Below, in pieces: positions 26,001 through 50,423 of a DNA stretch of 64,000 nucleotides. The stretch is from the NCBI GenBank assembly GCA_002633005.1, contig NMRA01000049.1:131878-195877 (forward strand), read 5' to 3'. The position numbers and the translations under genes were made by a program. The notes under the pieces were generated by a model, which made no database searches, was not told the origin of the DNA, and worked only from the letters and a program-made list of their open reading frames with translations. Numbering within the stretch: position 1 is the first letter of the stretch; every line of letters begins with the position of its first letter. The DNA is from Phoronis australis (taxonomy: Eukaryota > Animalia > Phoronida).

Positions 26001-26117
26001 CTAGGAGATCAAATTGACACCACAAAGGACTGTGACCTACAGAATGGGGAACGATATCACTTCTGTGACGGACATCTATGCAACAACCAAGATGATGAAA
26101 TCTGTACTTGGGTCTAG
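17006..26117 (+). CDS. Secreted mucin-like protein with chitin-binding type-2-like and Ly6/uPAR three-finger-like domains (4 exons, 392 aa)
   Basis: Exons 17006-17588, 19215-19469, 21557-21739, 25960-26117; all introns GT-AG and phase 1; continuous 1179-nt frame. Signal peptide, SPPTTT repeats, CKRAGEFVAD..LCHYWRC...KCPMGT..PC..KC module, then CYSC...C...C..C...RGC...C...CDGHLCN. Confidence 0.8.
17165..17445 (+). repeat. Coding 18-bp tandem repeat (AGTCCACCAACAACAACA) encoding the SPPTTT mucin stalk
   Basis: Visible tandem array; also explains the poly-Q/H, N/T and L/V ORFs in the other frames. Confidence 0.9.
22540..22970. mobile_element. Harbinger-like MITE nested in the terminus of a Kolobok-type MITE
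   Basis: ~33-bp inverted ends CAGTGGCCGGTTACATGAAACAGTCCCCAATA / TATTTGGGAGTGTTTCATGCAACCGGGCACTG; a related inverted fragment lies at ~22340-22505. Confidence 0.7.
22971..23493 (-). mobile_element. Kolobok-type MITE, homolog of 6678-7105
   Basis: Reverse-complement similarity to 6678-7105; ends ...GCGTTCCATGCCTCT + TTAA (23494-23497). Confidence 0.65.
23585..24205. repeat. ~37-bp minisatellite (GGACAGGTCTGTATTGACTGATGACCTAATGAAAAAA), block 1
   Basis: Many contiguous degenerate units with no unique spacers; lies in intron 3 of the secreted protein gene. Confidence 0.9.
24206..24650 (+). mobile_element. 5'-truncated LINE 3' end (CR1/L2 group) inserted into the minisatellite
   Basis: LPKYVTEKIDTPSLHEVSMYLKH resembles L2/Crack ORF2 C-termini; AT-rich 3' UTR ending AATAAAAG plus a TC-rich tail; splits the array in two. 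Confidence 0.5.
24657..25010. repeat. ~37-bp minisatellite, block 2
   Basis: Same unit as 23585-24205. Confidence 0.9.
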
Positions 26118-26355
26118 AACCGCTCTACAAAACAAAGGAAAGCAATGCAAGCCATCAATCTTGTCGTGTTTTCACCCGTTAACAACATAGAATGAGTTTT
26201 AACAGAAAGACATTCCCAAAATAAGAACATTTCGAACGCACTACAATCCAGGGAACTGTGTCACTAAAATGTCCTAACTCCACGGCGTTTGTACAGAGTG
26301 TAAACGGACACTCAGACCAGTTGCAAATTGGTGACATCCTTCTCCGGTAGAGCTA

Positions 26356-28560
26356 TATCAATCAATCAATCAATCAACAGTCATTTATTTTAGTGACCTG
26401 TAGAAATTGCTACCCAGTCACAACTTGGGCTTATAAGTCACCATTTTGAAAGAGAACGTACAAAAGTAGGCAAGGCATACATATATACAGTGACAAAAAG
26501 AAAATCAGACCAACCTTCTCTTTTACGGCATTATACATATGACCATCAACATTTATTTATTAGAAGTTTATAAAATAATAAATCCCTCAGGTCAAATGCC
26601 GTCTTCAAATCAACAAGTGTGGGAAAGTTTTCAATTTCCTATTTTAGATAAATCATTATAGACGCCAATAAAAAAACATGAAAAACATGGTCGATACATG
26701 ATCTACCGGTACATTTTCGAAAACCGTTTTTTCTCCTCAGCAAATTAAGCAGACTATACTTCTCAACATAACATGATATCCTGGCATTCAGAATACCACT
26801 ATAAATATTATAAACACAGGAAAACTGGCTGGAACACGAGGATCCTTGTCCGAAACTTTCAGAAGAGGAATAATGTTGGTTTTCAATCACACCGAGTTAA
26901 CATACTGCGAAACAAAAATTGATGGGTATAGTTTATGTAGAGCAGCAACCGCCGCGGATTGGGGATATGGCCAATACACGTCACTTTGTTAGGCTTTGCC
27001 GTGGATATAATTCTCTGAACTCCTTACACAGTAATGCCAGGGTTCAGTTTGTCATTGCGTATGTAATCAGAGGACGACATTAAACCTTCAATATATTCTT
27101 TGGCTTGTAACTATCCTTATAAAATTCACCATCAATGGAAAATTCCGAAACAAAATCTGAGTAAAGGGACTAATACTCTGTCGTAGTACAAAATTCTGAC
27201 TCGTGCGAACTGTATTATCTTCATCATCAACCTCGAAAGGCACATTTTAATTAATTCTTGGACCAAGTCTCTTGATATGGTTTCAGAATACTTGCAGATT
27301 TTCAGTATTGAGATTTCTAACCTTCTCAATTAAGCTTTTGTTTTTAAGCTCTCAATTTTTCTCAAATGTTTGTCAAAATTGTTTCGGACAGTATTAAACA
27401 CTTTTCTAACTACCTTCTTTACTGCACCATTCCCTTTGCATTTCGAAAATTCCTTTTCCTTCCGACACATCAATGCCCATGATGCAGATGCATGGTGCTG
27501 TCCAGTAAGGCTTGTAGTACTTGAAGTTTTTGCGTGAACGTTTACCAACATCTTTATACGGGAGATGGGTGTCCATTTATGAAAACAAGTTATTGCAAAA
27601 ACAATCATAAGCCATGTTTACGGTTTTCTGATTTTCAGTTCTTGCAATTGCCTCGCTAATGGCTGCCGCTAATTCAAGTAAACCAATAAAATTCTCATGA
27701 AAAGGGACACTCGTATCATAACGGCGATGAATCTCAGACAAGTTCTCCTCATCAAGAGCATTATCAAGCTGGACGCACTGATGAACCAGGGGCGGCTCCA
27801 GGATTTTTCTAAAAAGGGGGGTCTAAGTCAACACCATGAACATTCTAGATTTGATATCACTAAAATCAAGGGAAAGGGGGGGTCCGGACCCACTTGTACC
27901 CCCCCTGAATCCGCCGATGTGGACTCCGAGTTTAAGGGTCAACAATGGGTCATCCGATCACGAGCTTTGCATCTTCCCTTCACTAGATGCAGGAGGTTTA
28001 GAATATCAATAAGCGTATTTGTGTTTAGAATTTGGAAGCGCAGACAGTCGCCAAAACAATCGTGGAGGGGAATAAAATAATCAACAACTGCCCTACCGTT
28101 ACTGGAAACAGACGTGAATTTATCACTTTCAGGGTTGACCCTCCCATTTATAATACACATTTTCGAGTCTAAAAGGAAATCAATTTGAGATGTACCAAAA
28201 ACATGTGAATTAACGGCAGCATCATCAATTACAGTCCTTTTAGAAATATTATCAATTCCCTCTATTAGGTCACTGAGTGAGCCGACTCACCGCTGATGAC
28301 TATACTATGAACATGCGAAGTTACATTGTTGCAGTAACAGATGAGAAAAAAATGGCTGCTATTTTGGCCGCAGAATGACCCCTCAGGTGGCAAGTAACAA
28401 ACAAAAATAAATTATAGTGTAATCTGACACTTTGTGTTTCAATTGTACACTGAGTATGCCTTCAAACGACTTGTCCACTACAGTAATATGGAAGTCATTG
28501 CACAAGTACGATTTAACAAAAACACCTACACTCCCAGACCCTTGGGTGTTTTGTTATGTA
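26356..28560 (-). mobile_element. Decayed non-LTR retrotransposon (APE endonuclease + reverse transcriptase remnants)
   Basis: Minus-strand motifs in colinear order: GSGSVGVFVK...DKSFEGIL (~28400-28540), FLLDSKMCIINGR...FTSVSSNGRAVVDY (27939-28200), YSGILNARI...NGFRK..RSCIDHVF (26640-26830), VDLKTAFD (~26590-26615); AATAAA + (TTGA)n tail at 26356-26392. Many stops and frameshifts. Confidence 0.85.
27787..27919. mobile_element. Short GC-rich MITE inserted in the LINE
   Basis: CAGGGGCGGCTCCAGG...CCTGAATCCGCCGATG inverted ends; flanks TGAAC/TGGAC. Confidence 0.65.
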
Positions 28561-29573
28561 ACAAGAAAGGATCATGTCCTGTCAACCATGAATAACTTTC
28601 AAGAGCTGGACTAACAGAATCATTTTTAATTGCATTTCAGCTACTGCAACCAGGTCTTCATTTAGATGACACAATATCTGATCTTAGAACCAAGTTCCCC
28701 TCAGACATATACATTCCACAGTACTATAGACAAACTAGGATTGACTGGATCAAGTGACTGGGTATCATTGTCCTATGCACGTCTGGCATTATGTGGTGCG
28801 TTTCTGTCCCTATCACTCTTCACCATACGACCACTACCAGTAAAAATTAAAACTTTTTCTGTAGACCAAGATCTTTCACCAACTCCCTCATGTTTGATTG
28901 GATCAACCACTCTTCATGGCTTTATGACGATCTCAAGTACAACTCCTAGTACCTTTCGGAGTTTTCCAAAATGTTTGGCTCAAAGAACAGCAAATTTTCT
29001 CAGTCTCATTTGTAAAAGACGTTGAACTGGTACAGCAGTTTTGGTTAAAAAGGCTTAGTTACATATAACACTTGTACTTTTGAGATAGGATTGAATAATG
29101 GAAGATTTCTCTGAATAAGTTTCCTCACTCTCGAAAACTCAAGATATGTTACTTCAAGTGAAAATGCCAGTAAATTTAACCAGAAATACATAATCAGTAA
29201 TGAACGGACTGAGGTTATATTATTTATTCGTCATTTGAAGGCAGATTAGTGAAACAGCACATAGGCTATGTTACGTTCACTTGTAATATTTAAAGAACGT
29301 GAATAAACTGAATCTATTTCATTTCCTTCATAAGTAGTCCATGATAACACAAAGTTCACACCAAGCCTGTATCCACTACATAAGACTAATAGTTTGTACT
29401 GGTCAATTGGCTAACTGGCAACAATCTCTGCAGAGCAGTAAAGTTACAGTCAAACGCCAACAACCAAACAAAAACGACGGCTCCTCCAATTGGAACTTAG
29501 CGGATGGTCCTAGTTCTTCCAATAAATAACTCTAGAAATTTCAATCGAGTTTCTCTCACACAAAACATTGCTA

Positions 29574-32500
29574 TTATGTTGACACAAACTTCCAATCTCT
29601 GTCTTTGTAGGGCACCTCACCAGCTCTGTAGGCTCGTTCTTTCCTATTCTGTGAATACATAGACAACTATTGTTAGAGTATACAATGACATAGCACATCA
29701 CTGATACAGCGAAATTTTGAAGTAAGCCAAGATGGCAGAATGTTGTGCAGACAAGCGATCAGCGTCACCTTGTGTGGAGACTTAAAAGCTGTGAAATTTT
29801 ACAATGTTTTTCTTAAATTTCTTTACGATCTTCACGTTGTCAAAATTACTAGTTGTACGGTGTGACGGCAGGGGTTAATTTGGCGACTTGCAGCTTGCCA
29901 ACCAGGCCTCAGATTTTGTCTGGCGACCCGGTAAAAATCCTACACACTTCTACAGGCACATGCTCAAGATACTACAGGAAGGCGACGGGAGTTGGAATCA
30001 TTTGTAAAACCAATCACATGGATAAAGGCGGCTACAAAACCATGTTTCATTCAAGAAGTGAACTTTTGATTTTGACTTCTTACCGCTAAAGGATTGGTCT
30101 CAACTCGTCCCTTACCCTGATTCATACAAACACTTGACAGTCCAATTTCAAGACTTTCAAAGACCTTTTTAAGGCTTATTACTGTAAGTTGAAGGCCTCT
30201 TTGGTCAATGTTTTGTGTGTGAAAAAGGATCAAACTTCTTAAATTACTTTTCAAGTGTTAATAGTAAACCTATAAAACTACACATTTTTCAAATCTTTGA
30301 TGATCACAGAATTTTTTATTAATCAAAAACAATGTCCAATCATGTGGCGGCATTTTTTCGCTATAATTTCCGCATATGTGGAGCTTTCGCACGAAACTCG
30401 TTTGTTATTCTCTCAGCTCCAAAAGCGTGTCTGGCGCTTTCTATTTAAGGCCTCTTAGCCCAAAAAATCTTCTGTCAAAATTGATCACTTCAACAGTCCT
30501 TCAAATAAAGGAAGTCTTGATTTCTGACAGCAGATATCTCGGGCTAAAAGAAAAATCTCAGAGAAACTTTTGTAGTTTAAAACAGTAAAGACGTCAAAAG
30601 AATTGTGTTTGTGGAAATAAGGAGACCTTCACTTTTTAAGAAAAACCCAAAACACTTGGGTATTGCTTCCTTGCACATTATAAGATTTTTAGAGATGCTA
30701 AAAATATGCAGTAAAATCTTGCCAATCCAGGATGTCACACAATATGACTGACAACTGAAATTTTGTTTTCCCCTTTTTTGCATGGAAGATGCGTAGCACC
30801 AAATTAATGGTTTTCCACACTTAAGCATTGTACCATAGCTACCATCTGACAATGTTTTGCAACATTGTGGGCATTCGCGACATTGATAGAAACCCTTGTA
30901 ACACCAAAATTGTTGACATTTTACCATATATAGTTTCATCGGTCTACAGTTAATCCTTAAAAGTTATTTCAAAAAAATGATCCTTGGTAACCAAGGTAAC
31001 CTATTACCCTCAGCTCCCAGTATTCTCAACTGAATACAGCTTGTTACAGTCACTTACCCTGTCCCATTCGAATAACGTTGCAAAGCCCACAATGGGCCCA
31101 AATACCAAGGCCAAGCCCCAGAACGTGCTCTTAGGGGTCACTCTGAAGTAATCGAAACCTTTTGCTCTCATCGACTGGAACCTCTGAACAGCAGGATCAA
31201 ACTGGAAAATGCCAAGGCAAACAAATAATCAGACTTAAATGAGGAACATACAAATACCATTAGATTTTAGGCATCAAGGTGTTAACTTTCTTTGTTACCA
31301 AGGGTCACATTTCTTCAAACATTTTCAAAAACACAGAGTTTTAATTCGAATGGAATCTTATTTTTAAAACCCTTTATAAACAAAGAAACATTATAAGTGC
31401 AGTTAGTCATTGCTTCAGAACATGCTCGACAAGTTGATTTCTTACTGTGTGTCAGTTCATGCACGGAGCACAATCACAAGGAATAACAAATTGTCATTTT
31501 TTGCACAATCAGAAATCACTTCTTTCTGAGTTCTCATTGGGGGTATTGTAGTGTACCGGTGGTTATGAACCACGACAGATGTCTGCACTTGGCATGCACT
31601 TGAGTGGCCAGTTTACCATATCGATCAGTTTAGAATAGATGCATTTTACATCCAGTACTGGTCCGGGGTTGTAGAATTGCTTCACGTGAATCATATGAGC
31701 ATTGAGCCTCTGTTAGCCACTCGCTAATGGGGAACAGTTAACACTTTTTCTAGTTTTATTGGGGTCGCTGGCTTGATCTTAGTCATGTAATCTGTCTATA
31801 AAAATAAGTATTTACGCACAACAAGTTAGCAAGTTAACCCATGCCCTTGGAACACAAGTTTGCCTCAAATTTGCAATTAAAATTGAAATGTTACCAATGT
31901 TAGATGCTACTGTCCTAAAACCGCGACAGATTTTCATTGATTTGTTCAAATTATCTTGGCTGAATCGTACTAGTATGTGTTAATTATAACTTCATGAGCA
32001 TATATGCATGTTTCATTTGATTTTATTTCCTGTATTTTGGAATTCGTAACTTTTCGTGGAAATGTTCTAACGTCCCTGAATGCCTGCGGCATCCAGGGCG
32101 ATGTAATTGCCTAGCTGGGACTATGAATTCATGAGACTGGGAAGGAAATGAGAACAGAACTCAGGACAATTGTCTTATAATCAAGGTATATTGTGAAACA
32201 ATTCAAATTTCTTTGAAAATCCAAAACATGCGAGTAGCACTGGTTTCGGACTGAGCGATTTCAGCAATTCCTGTCAAAGCCTGGCTGATGAGTTACGGAT
32301 GGAGGACAATTGCAGGTTCATCATGGAAGGTTACGAAAAAGTCTGGCTAATGTGGAGTTATCGATGTCGTGACACTGATCCGTGACAAACCGGCAATTGC
32401 TGTACCGTCCTTGACTTCGAACCGTCAAAGGAGGACTGATGCGTGGGCTTTTTGGGAACATTTTTGTGCTTTGACTGCAAATTTGTTATGATCTCGCTGG

Positions 32501-32927
32501 AGCAAGACACCGTGAATGGAATTACAAGAAAGTACAAACCCTGTTTTGTGAAAATTTGTTTAAGTTTTGTGTTTGATATGGACAGCTGAAGTGAAGCACC
32601 CGAAGAATTCCTTGTCCAGAGTGTCAAACCTTGTAGTATTATATATAGAGTATTGGGGACGATCAGCAGCTGAGGGCCCCTGTGCCGTGGGCTTGTCCTG
32701 ACTCCTAGTCCTACCTGGAATGGATATGTTACCAGGTTACATTCTAAACTTACAATATAACCGCCGTGCCCATGTCTATACGGATGAGTAGACTTGAATT
32801 CCCACTCTTTCTTGAATTTTGCTCGAATCTGGCGCCTTTCCTCCATTGCTTGCTTCTCCCCTGGGGATAAATCATACATTTTATGGGGGCAGAAGACCTG
32901 CTCCCCTTTTGGCACGGAGTCCGCCAT
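29574..32927 (-). CDS. NDUFB4: NADH:ubiquinone oxidoreductase subunit B4 (B15), 3 exons, 130 aa
   Basis: Exons 32927-32754, 31201-31058, 29648-29574 with phase-0 GT-AG introns. MADSV...YDLSPGEKQAMEERRQIRAKFKKEW...HPYR|FDPAVQRFQSMRAKGFDYFRVTPKS + TM helix + WDR|NRKERAYRAGEVPYKDRDWKF fits the NDUFB4 family. Confidence 0.93.
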
Positions 32928-32980
32928 CTTCCCTAATAACAACTTCACGCGATTTATCGCGAGAACTGGCATGGCGGATG
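32921..32980. promoter_or_regulatory. Compact bidirectional promoter region between NDUFB4 and Scm
   Basis: YY1-like AAGATGGCGG overlapping the NDUFB4 ATG (32921-32930, minus); TATCGCGAGA (TCTCGCGAGA-type housekeeping motif) at 32955-32964; a second ATGGCGG on plus at 32971. Confidence 0.6.
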
Positions 32981-32998
32981 AGTCCTGGGAAAAAATTG
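32971..32998 (+). CDS. Candidate first exon of Scm (MADESWEKI)
   Basis: GGC-ATG-GCG start followed by a G|GTAACA phase-1 donor; in frame if joined to the MBT exon at 36402. The donor is weak. Confidence 0.4.
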
Positions 32999-34078
32999 GT
33001 AACATATTTTCTTCGCAAAACCTCGTAGTTTAGGCCTGCAAAATGCCTTAGTTGAGTTTCAAATGTGTGGAAATTGCATTGTGTATTGTTGAGCAAAGCA
33101 CTGTTATCGAAAATTTAGTTTTAAGTTTATTCACTTTGTCGATAATATTCGAAACTGAAATTGACGGAGTTTGTGTTTGACAGTGCCAAGTGGGTTGGTC
33201 TGTTTTGTGCGACTGTTGTCACGTAAAGTTGTCAATCAGTGTTAGCTAAGACTATTACTCCCACGTGTTATGTTGTTGTCATGGCAATGGCTGGCTTGTC
33301 TCGGTTTTTAAGACATGGCTTTGTCACACGCTCAGACACATCAGCTATAGCCTATACTACAGCCTACTATAGCAATAGCCTATGGCATAGATATTCACAA
33401 GACAGTATAAACTTTCGTAGGTTGTTGGTTTATGAGCATGTTTGAGGATGTGTGACTTTTGCCTGGGTGAATTGTCTTAAGAAGAAAAACTGCAGAGATA
33501 TAACATTTACAATTAACGTTTATTGTTTGTTATTTTAATTATGTTTGCCGCTATACAGTGTGTTGAAGTAGAATTGAAGAGTGCAGATGCAAATGGACCA
33601 GTCATATAAAAGATTGTGTTGGAAATCATTTCTCAGTGAACTTCAGAGTGCTGCCAATGTATAGCAAATTGTTTCATAAAATTGTTAAATCAATGTTTAC
33701 CGTATTTATACTGCATTATGAAAGAAATATGACTGTTAGCGGTTAAAGAATGAACTGCCTGAACAATAGGTTATTACAGTAAGATTTCAAGTGTTATGTG
33801 GCTTCAAGAAAACTGCCAGTAACATCATCCAGAATTTCAGTATGGTTTAAAAGAATACTAAACCCTGTTTTGACAATTACAATCAATCCTTGTTCTGTCA
33901 ACTGCTAATTCATCATTGCCACCAATCTTGAAAGATAACAGCAGGAATCAACTAAAAACTCATACCCACTATATCACAGATTGGACATTAAGGTCTTTGA
34001 TGGGTGGTCTTTTCCCTCAGGTGCAGTGGAATTCGCTAAAAGCGTAGGTCACGCTTGCCAGTTAGGCAGACTTTGAAA

Positions 34079-34538
34079 TGTCACGGATTTCCGTGATTTG
34101 TTTTGACACTTCGCCCATCAGCTGATTCATACTGACCGGAACCAGATGTGTCTCAGCTCAAATGTCCAGCCATACGTCACAGACAGTTTGTTTACTACAG
34201 AGTTCCTTCAACTCTGGAATTGGTTACGTAACAATCTGCCTTATTTGGTCTAGCTTCCTTGTGACGTCGAATCATTTATAAGAATTGTTTTGTATTATAG
34301 TTTAATCATTTCCGTAGTATTAGCCCACGTGTCATATTTATTTTCTCAATGATTGTGTATATAAATGACTTGGAGTGTAGAATAAAATCAGTTGCCATTT
34401 ATTCAGCACAACGACACGACTTGTTATTTGGACAGGTTCACTGCTGAACTGTCTAGTTATCACCACTTTGTATCTACCGACACTGCGAGGCAACTCACAC
34501 GGCGAACCCCTATACTACATAGCCAGAATTTCCCCACA
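34079..34538 (+). mobile_element. Solo LTR
   Basis: TGT...ACA termini; 5-bp TSD TGAAA (34074-34078, 34539-34543); internal TATATAAA (~34358) and AATAAA (34381); the empty site is visible in the duplicate copy near 35470. Confidence 0.88.
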
Positions 34539-35691
34539 TGAAAGGAGTTTTCAAATTTTCCTCAAAACTTTAGAGGGTTGTTGCAGGTTACAAAGCATTA
34601 TTTTATTTCCTAGAACTGGATAGGAAAGTCTTTTTAAGTATCTGCCAAAACCGGGTTAGCTGTCCTTTTGAATTGTCGATCTCGAGTTTCATTTCATATT
34701 ATTGTTGAGTAACACTTTAAATGTGGCTATTATTGTCTTTTAGGTGCAATTACTGAAAAATGTCATCTCGAGGCTCCCCTGTGCCGTCCCGAGGCCCTGC
34801 ATACCAGTATGAAATGTTTGGTAAGATTGATAAAAATTAGGGAAATATCACATAAAATGATATTCGTTTTGCCTTGGCCGGATTTACATTCCAAAGTTGT
34901 TNCATTTACAATTAACGTTTATTGTTTGTTATTTTAATTATGTTTGCCGCTATACAGTGTGTTGAAGTAGAATTGAAGTGTGCAGATGCAAATGAACCAG
35001 TCATATAAAAGATTGTGTTGGAAATCATTTCTCAGTGAACTTCAGAGTGCTGCCAATGTATAGCAAATTGTTTCATAAAATTGTTAAATCAATGTTTACC
35101 GTATTTATACTGCATTATGAAAGAAATATGACTTAGCGGTTAAAGAATGAACTGCCTGAACCATAGGTTATTACAGTAAGATATCAAGTGTTATGTGGCT
35201 TCAAGAAAACTGCCAGTAACATCATCCAGAATTTCAGTATGGTTTAAAAGAATACTAAACCCTGTTTTGACAATTACAACCAATCCTTGTTCTGTCACCT
35301 GCTAATGCATCATTACCACCAATCTTGAAAGATAACAGCAGGAATCAACTAAAAACTCATATCCACTATATCACAGATTGGACATTAAGGTCTTTGATGG
35401 GTGGTCTTTTCCCTCAGATGCAGTGGAATTCTCTAAAAGCGTAGGTCACGCTTGCCAGTTAGGCAGATTTTGAAAGGAGTTTTCAAATTTTCCTCAAAAC
35501 TTTAGAGGGTTGTTTCAGGTTACAAAGCATTATTTTATTTCCTAGAACTGGATAGGAAAATCTTTTTAAGTATCTGCCAAAACCGGGTTAGCTGTCCTTT
35601 TGAATTGTCGATCTCGAGTTTCATTTCATATTATTGTTGAGTAACACTTTAAATGTGGCTATTATTGTCTTTTAGGTGCAATTACTGAAAA

Positions 35692-47843
<12,152 letters not shown>

Positions 47844-50177
47844 GCTGACACTGACAGGTGTTGTCTTCTATCCATATGACCTTAGCGTTCCACTTGAAGT
47901 AGAGTATGATGCGACTTGAGTCAAGAAGTTGGCCAACTGAAAGAAGGTTCTCCACTTGGCAAAGCTTTCTCGCTTACTGTGCAGCAATATTGTACCCTCG
48001 AAATGAGTAGGTCTGATAACTGAGAACGGTTACGTCTCAAGTTGGCCTGCCTCTCAGACTGACGTGCTCTCTGATTCACTGACTCAAAATGCTGTAGCGA
48101 GCAGACTGAAAATGAAGTTGTCTTCAAGTTGTTTGACCTTTATCACGCTATATACTTATTAAGAAATTGCAGGTCGTGGCTCCAAGTTGGGAAGTTAGCT
48201 AATGAGAAAAAATATCGTCTTCATTTGGCATAGTGTTTTTTATTTTTGTGCCTCAATGTTGACTTCCCTAAGTGAGAAGACATGGGTGAGAAAGCTTAGG
48301 TCTTGGGTTAACTTGCCCAGTGTAACTGTCAGCCCAACTGTCAAAAGTGGATGATTTAAAATGAGGTGAACTGATTGACGAAGGAGTCATGTTCAGTTCC
48401 TTTGACCTCTCTCTCTCTCTCTGCTTGTGATAAAGTTTGACACTGATGAGATCAATTTGGGGAAGTTGGTTAGCTGAGAAATAGTGACTTCATATAGGAC
48501 AGCTTTCGAAATGAGGTGAGATTATTCCTAAAGTTCCTGATTCGCGCCTCTTATACTGGTTCAAAATGAGGAAACGAGTTCATCGATTAGGATTTCGTAC
48601 TGTATCATCTTATTGAAGGACTCCTAAAGACGAAAAAAGCTTTCTGAAGAAGAGGCTATGTTCACATGGCCTGCCTGTCCCGCTTTATCTTCATTCCCAG
48701 TTGTTCTGGATGATGACAAAAATTGGGTTCCACGAATGGATAACTCATGGAAAATGAAAAATGGTTAAACTGTGGGTCTTGAAAATTATTCATGACAAAT
48801 AGACAACCCTCATTTTGTGAGTTCATGCATTCAACTGGGATTGGCTACTGGAGTCATGTAGTAAAAATTACCATCGTCTGCTTTTTGTGGGAAAGTGGAA
48901 AATGATGGAGTAAGTTGAACGAGGATAAGCCGGATTTTTGCTTAACTTGGACGTAGTGCCTCACTCCCGTTACTCTAGTTCTGGCATTTGGCTATTCATA
49001 TAAGTCGAAATTTGCCTTTCTCGAGAAAATCTTGGGCCCATTGGATACGACTTGTGCGAGTTTAGTGGCTTGAGTTTAGCAAATGAGAAGACTGACAAGC
49101 AGTCGTTTTCACTCGACCTTGCTGTCTCTTACTGGAATAGTGAGGAAGGGAGCTGAGTATGAACAGGATTTTGTCTTCATATAGCGGCGTTATGTCTGGC
49201 GTCAGTGCATGGTGCGTGCTTGTAAGAAGCGGAAGTTGCTGCAAAGGAAACGTGTTTCTCTGATTCTGCTTTTTCTCATGAACCATGGTGGCTGAAAATG
49301 AGGTCTTTTGGAAAAGATCGGAAACAGCGATTATTGTATTGATTTGGGCTAGCTCATGAAACACGGTGGCTTTGTGAGTGCTGAAAGTGAGGACTTCTGG
49401 AACTGGGAAGAAACGATTATATTCATTTGGCCTAGGTCGTGAACTCTGACATAGAATTGAGCTGGTCAAAGTGAAAGAGTTGACGGACAAACGGTAGTTC
49501 CCATGTCGTTTGGACCGTCTAAGTATATGACAGTGTAATTCACATTAAAGTTATTTTTGCTAACTATCATTCATCTAAGCAATGTTTTGTGTAATATATG
49601 TTTTGTATAATTCATATTATGATTTGATGTTGACTAATTATATTTGTTGTTTATGATTTTTATCGTTAATTAATTGTCCTTTAGCTGTTCTGTCGCAGGC
49701 AATGACCAAGTTTTTTTGACTGAATTGCTGCTTTAATTATTGAAATGTGAAATAGTACATGTGACCTCCAATCTGATTTCATCAAGATTATTAGCTTTAT
49801 TATTGAATTGTTGAAACATTTTGTAACACAAAAACAAAGTTTGTGTAAGTGAGACTTACAGTCTGACTTGTAAAGTTATCTTTGTTTTAAACAAATAGGG
49901 TTGTTGAAGGCAGCATTAGAGGTTCATGCTCTGAATGTTATTGCACAGTTTAAACCTTTTCTGTGCACTTTGAGTTTGGAGGGGGTAACTTGTCCGCATG
50001 GTGGCTTAGACTTAGCTGATGGTTCTAAATCTTGGGTGTCACACGCACACTGTAGTCCTTTTGAAATTGAACTGTAAGTTCAGTGAGACCACTTCTTTGT
50101 GAACCCTGCTGTTAGTCCCGCAACTGTCTTAGTTGGACTGTGTAACTAAAAACAGTGACAAAGGGTTTACGGTCTTA

Positions 50178-50423
50178 GGGCCCCCTTCCAAAAAGCTGAC
50201 TTACCGTGAGCTCATTTTTGCTAAGATTTGTCTCAACTTCCAAATGTTTAACTTCTACTTTCGGTAAAGTAATCGAAATTAAGACAAAACTTAAGTATAG
50301 AAGTTAAATCGAACTTAAGATTTCTTTCCTGAAACAGACTTGAGACAAATATGAGTTTTATCTTAAAACTGGCTGAAATTTAAGATTTGTCTTAGCTAAG
50401 AAAGGTTTTTTGGAACAAGCCCC
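50178..50423. mobile_element. Harbinger-like MITE, homolog of 1481-1732
   Basis: GGGCCCCCTTCCAAAAA...TTTTTGGAACAAGCCCC inverted ends; internal similarity to the reverse complement of 1481-1732. Confidence 0.6.

Noticed and set aside
32358-33005. 215-aa ORF as a single-exon protein
   Set aside because: Only 32927-32754 is NDUFB4 exon 1; the rest is UTR and intron read-through.
34744-34820. Mutually exclusive duplicated Scm exons
   Set aside because: The copies are identical and sit in a duplication joined by a single N; an assembly of two alleles is more likely.
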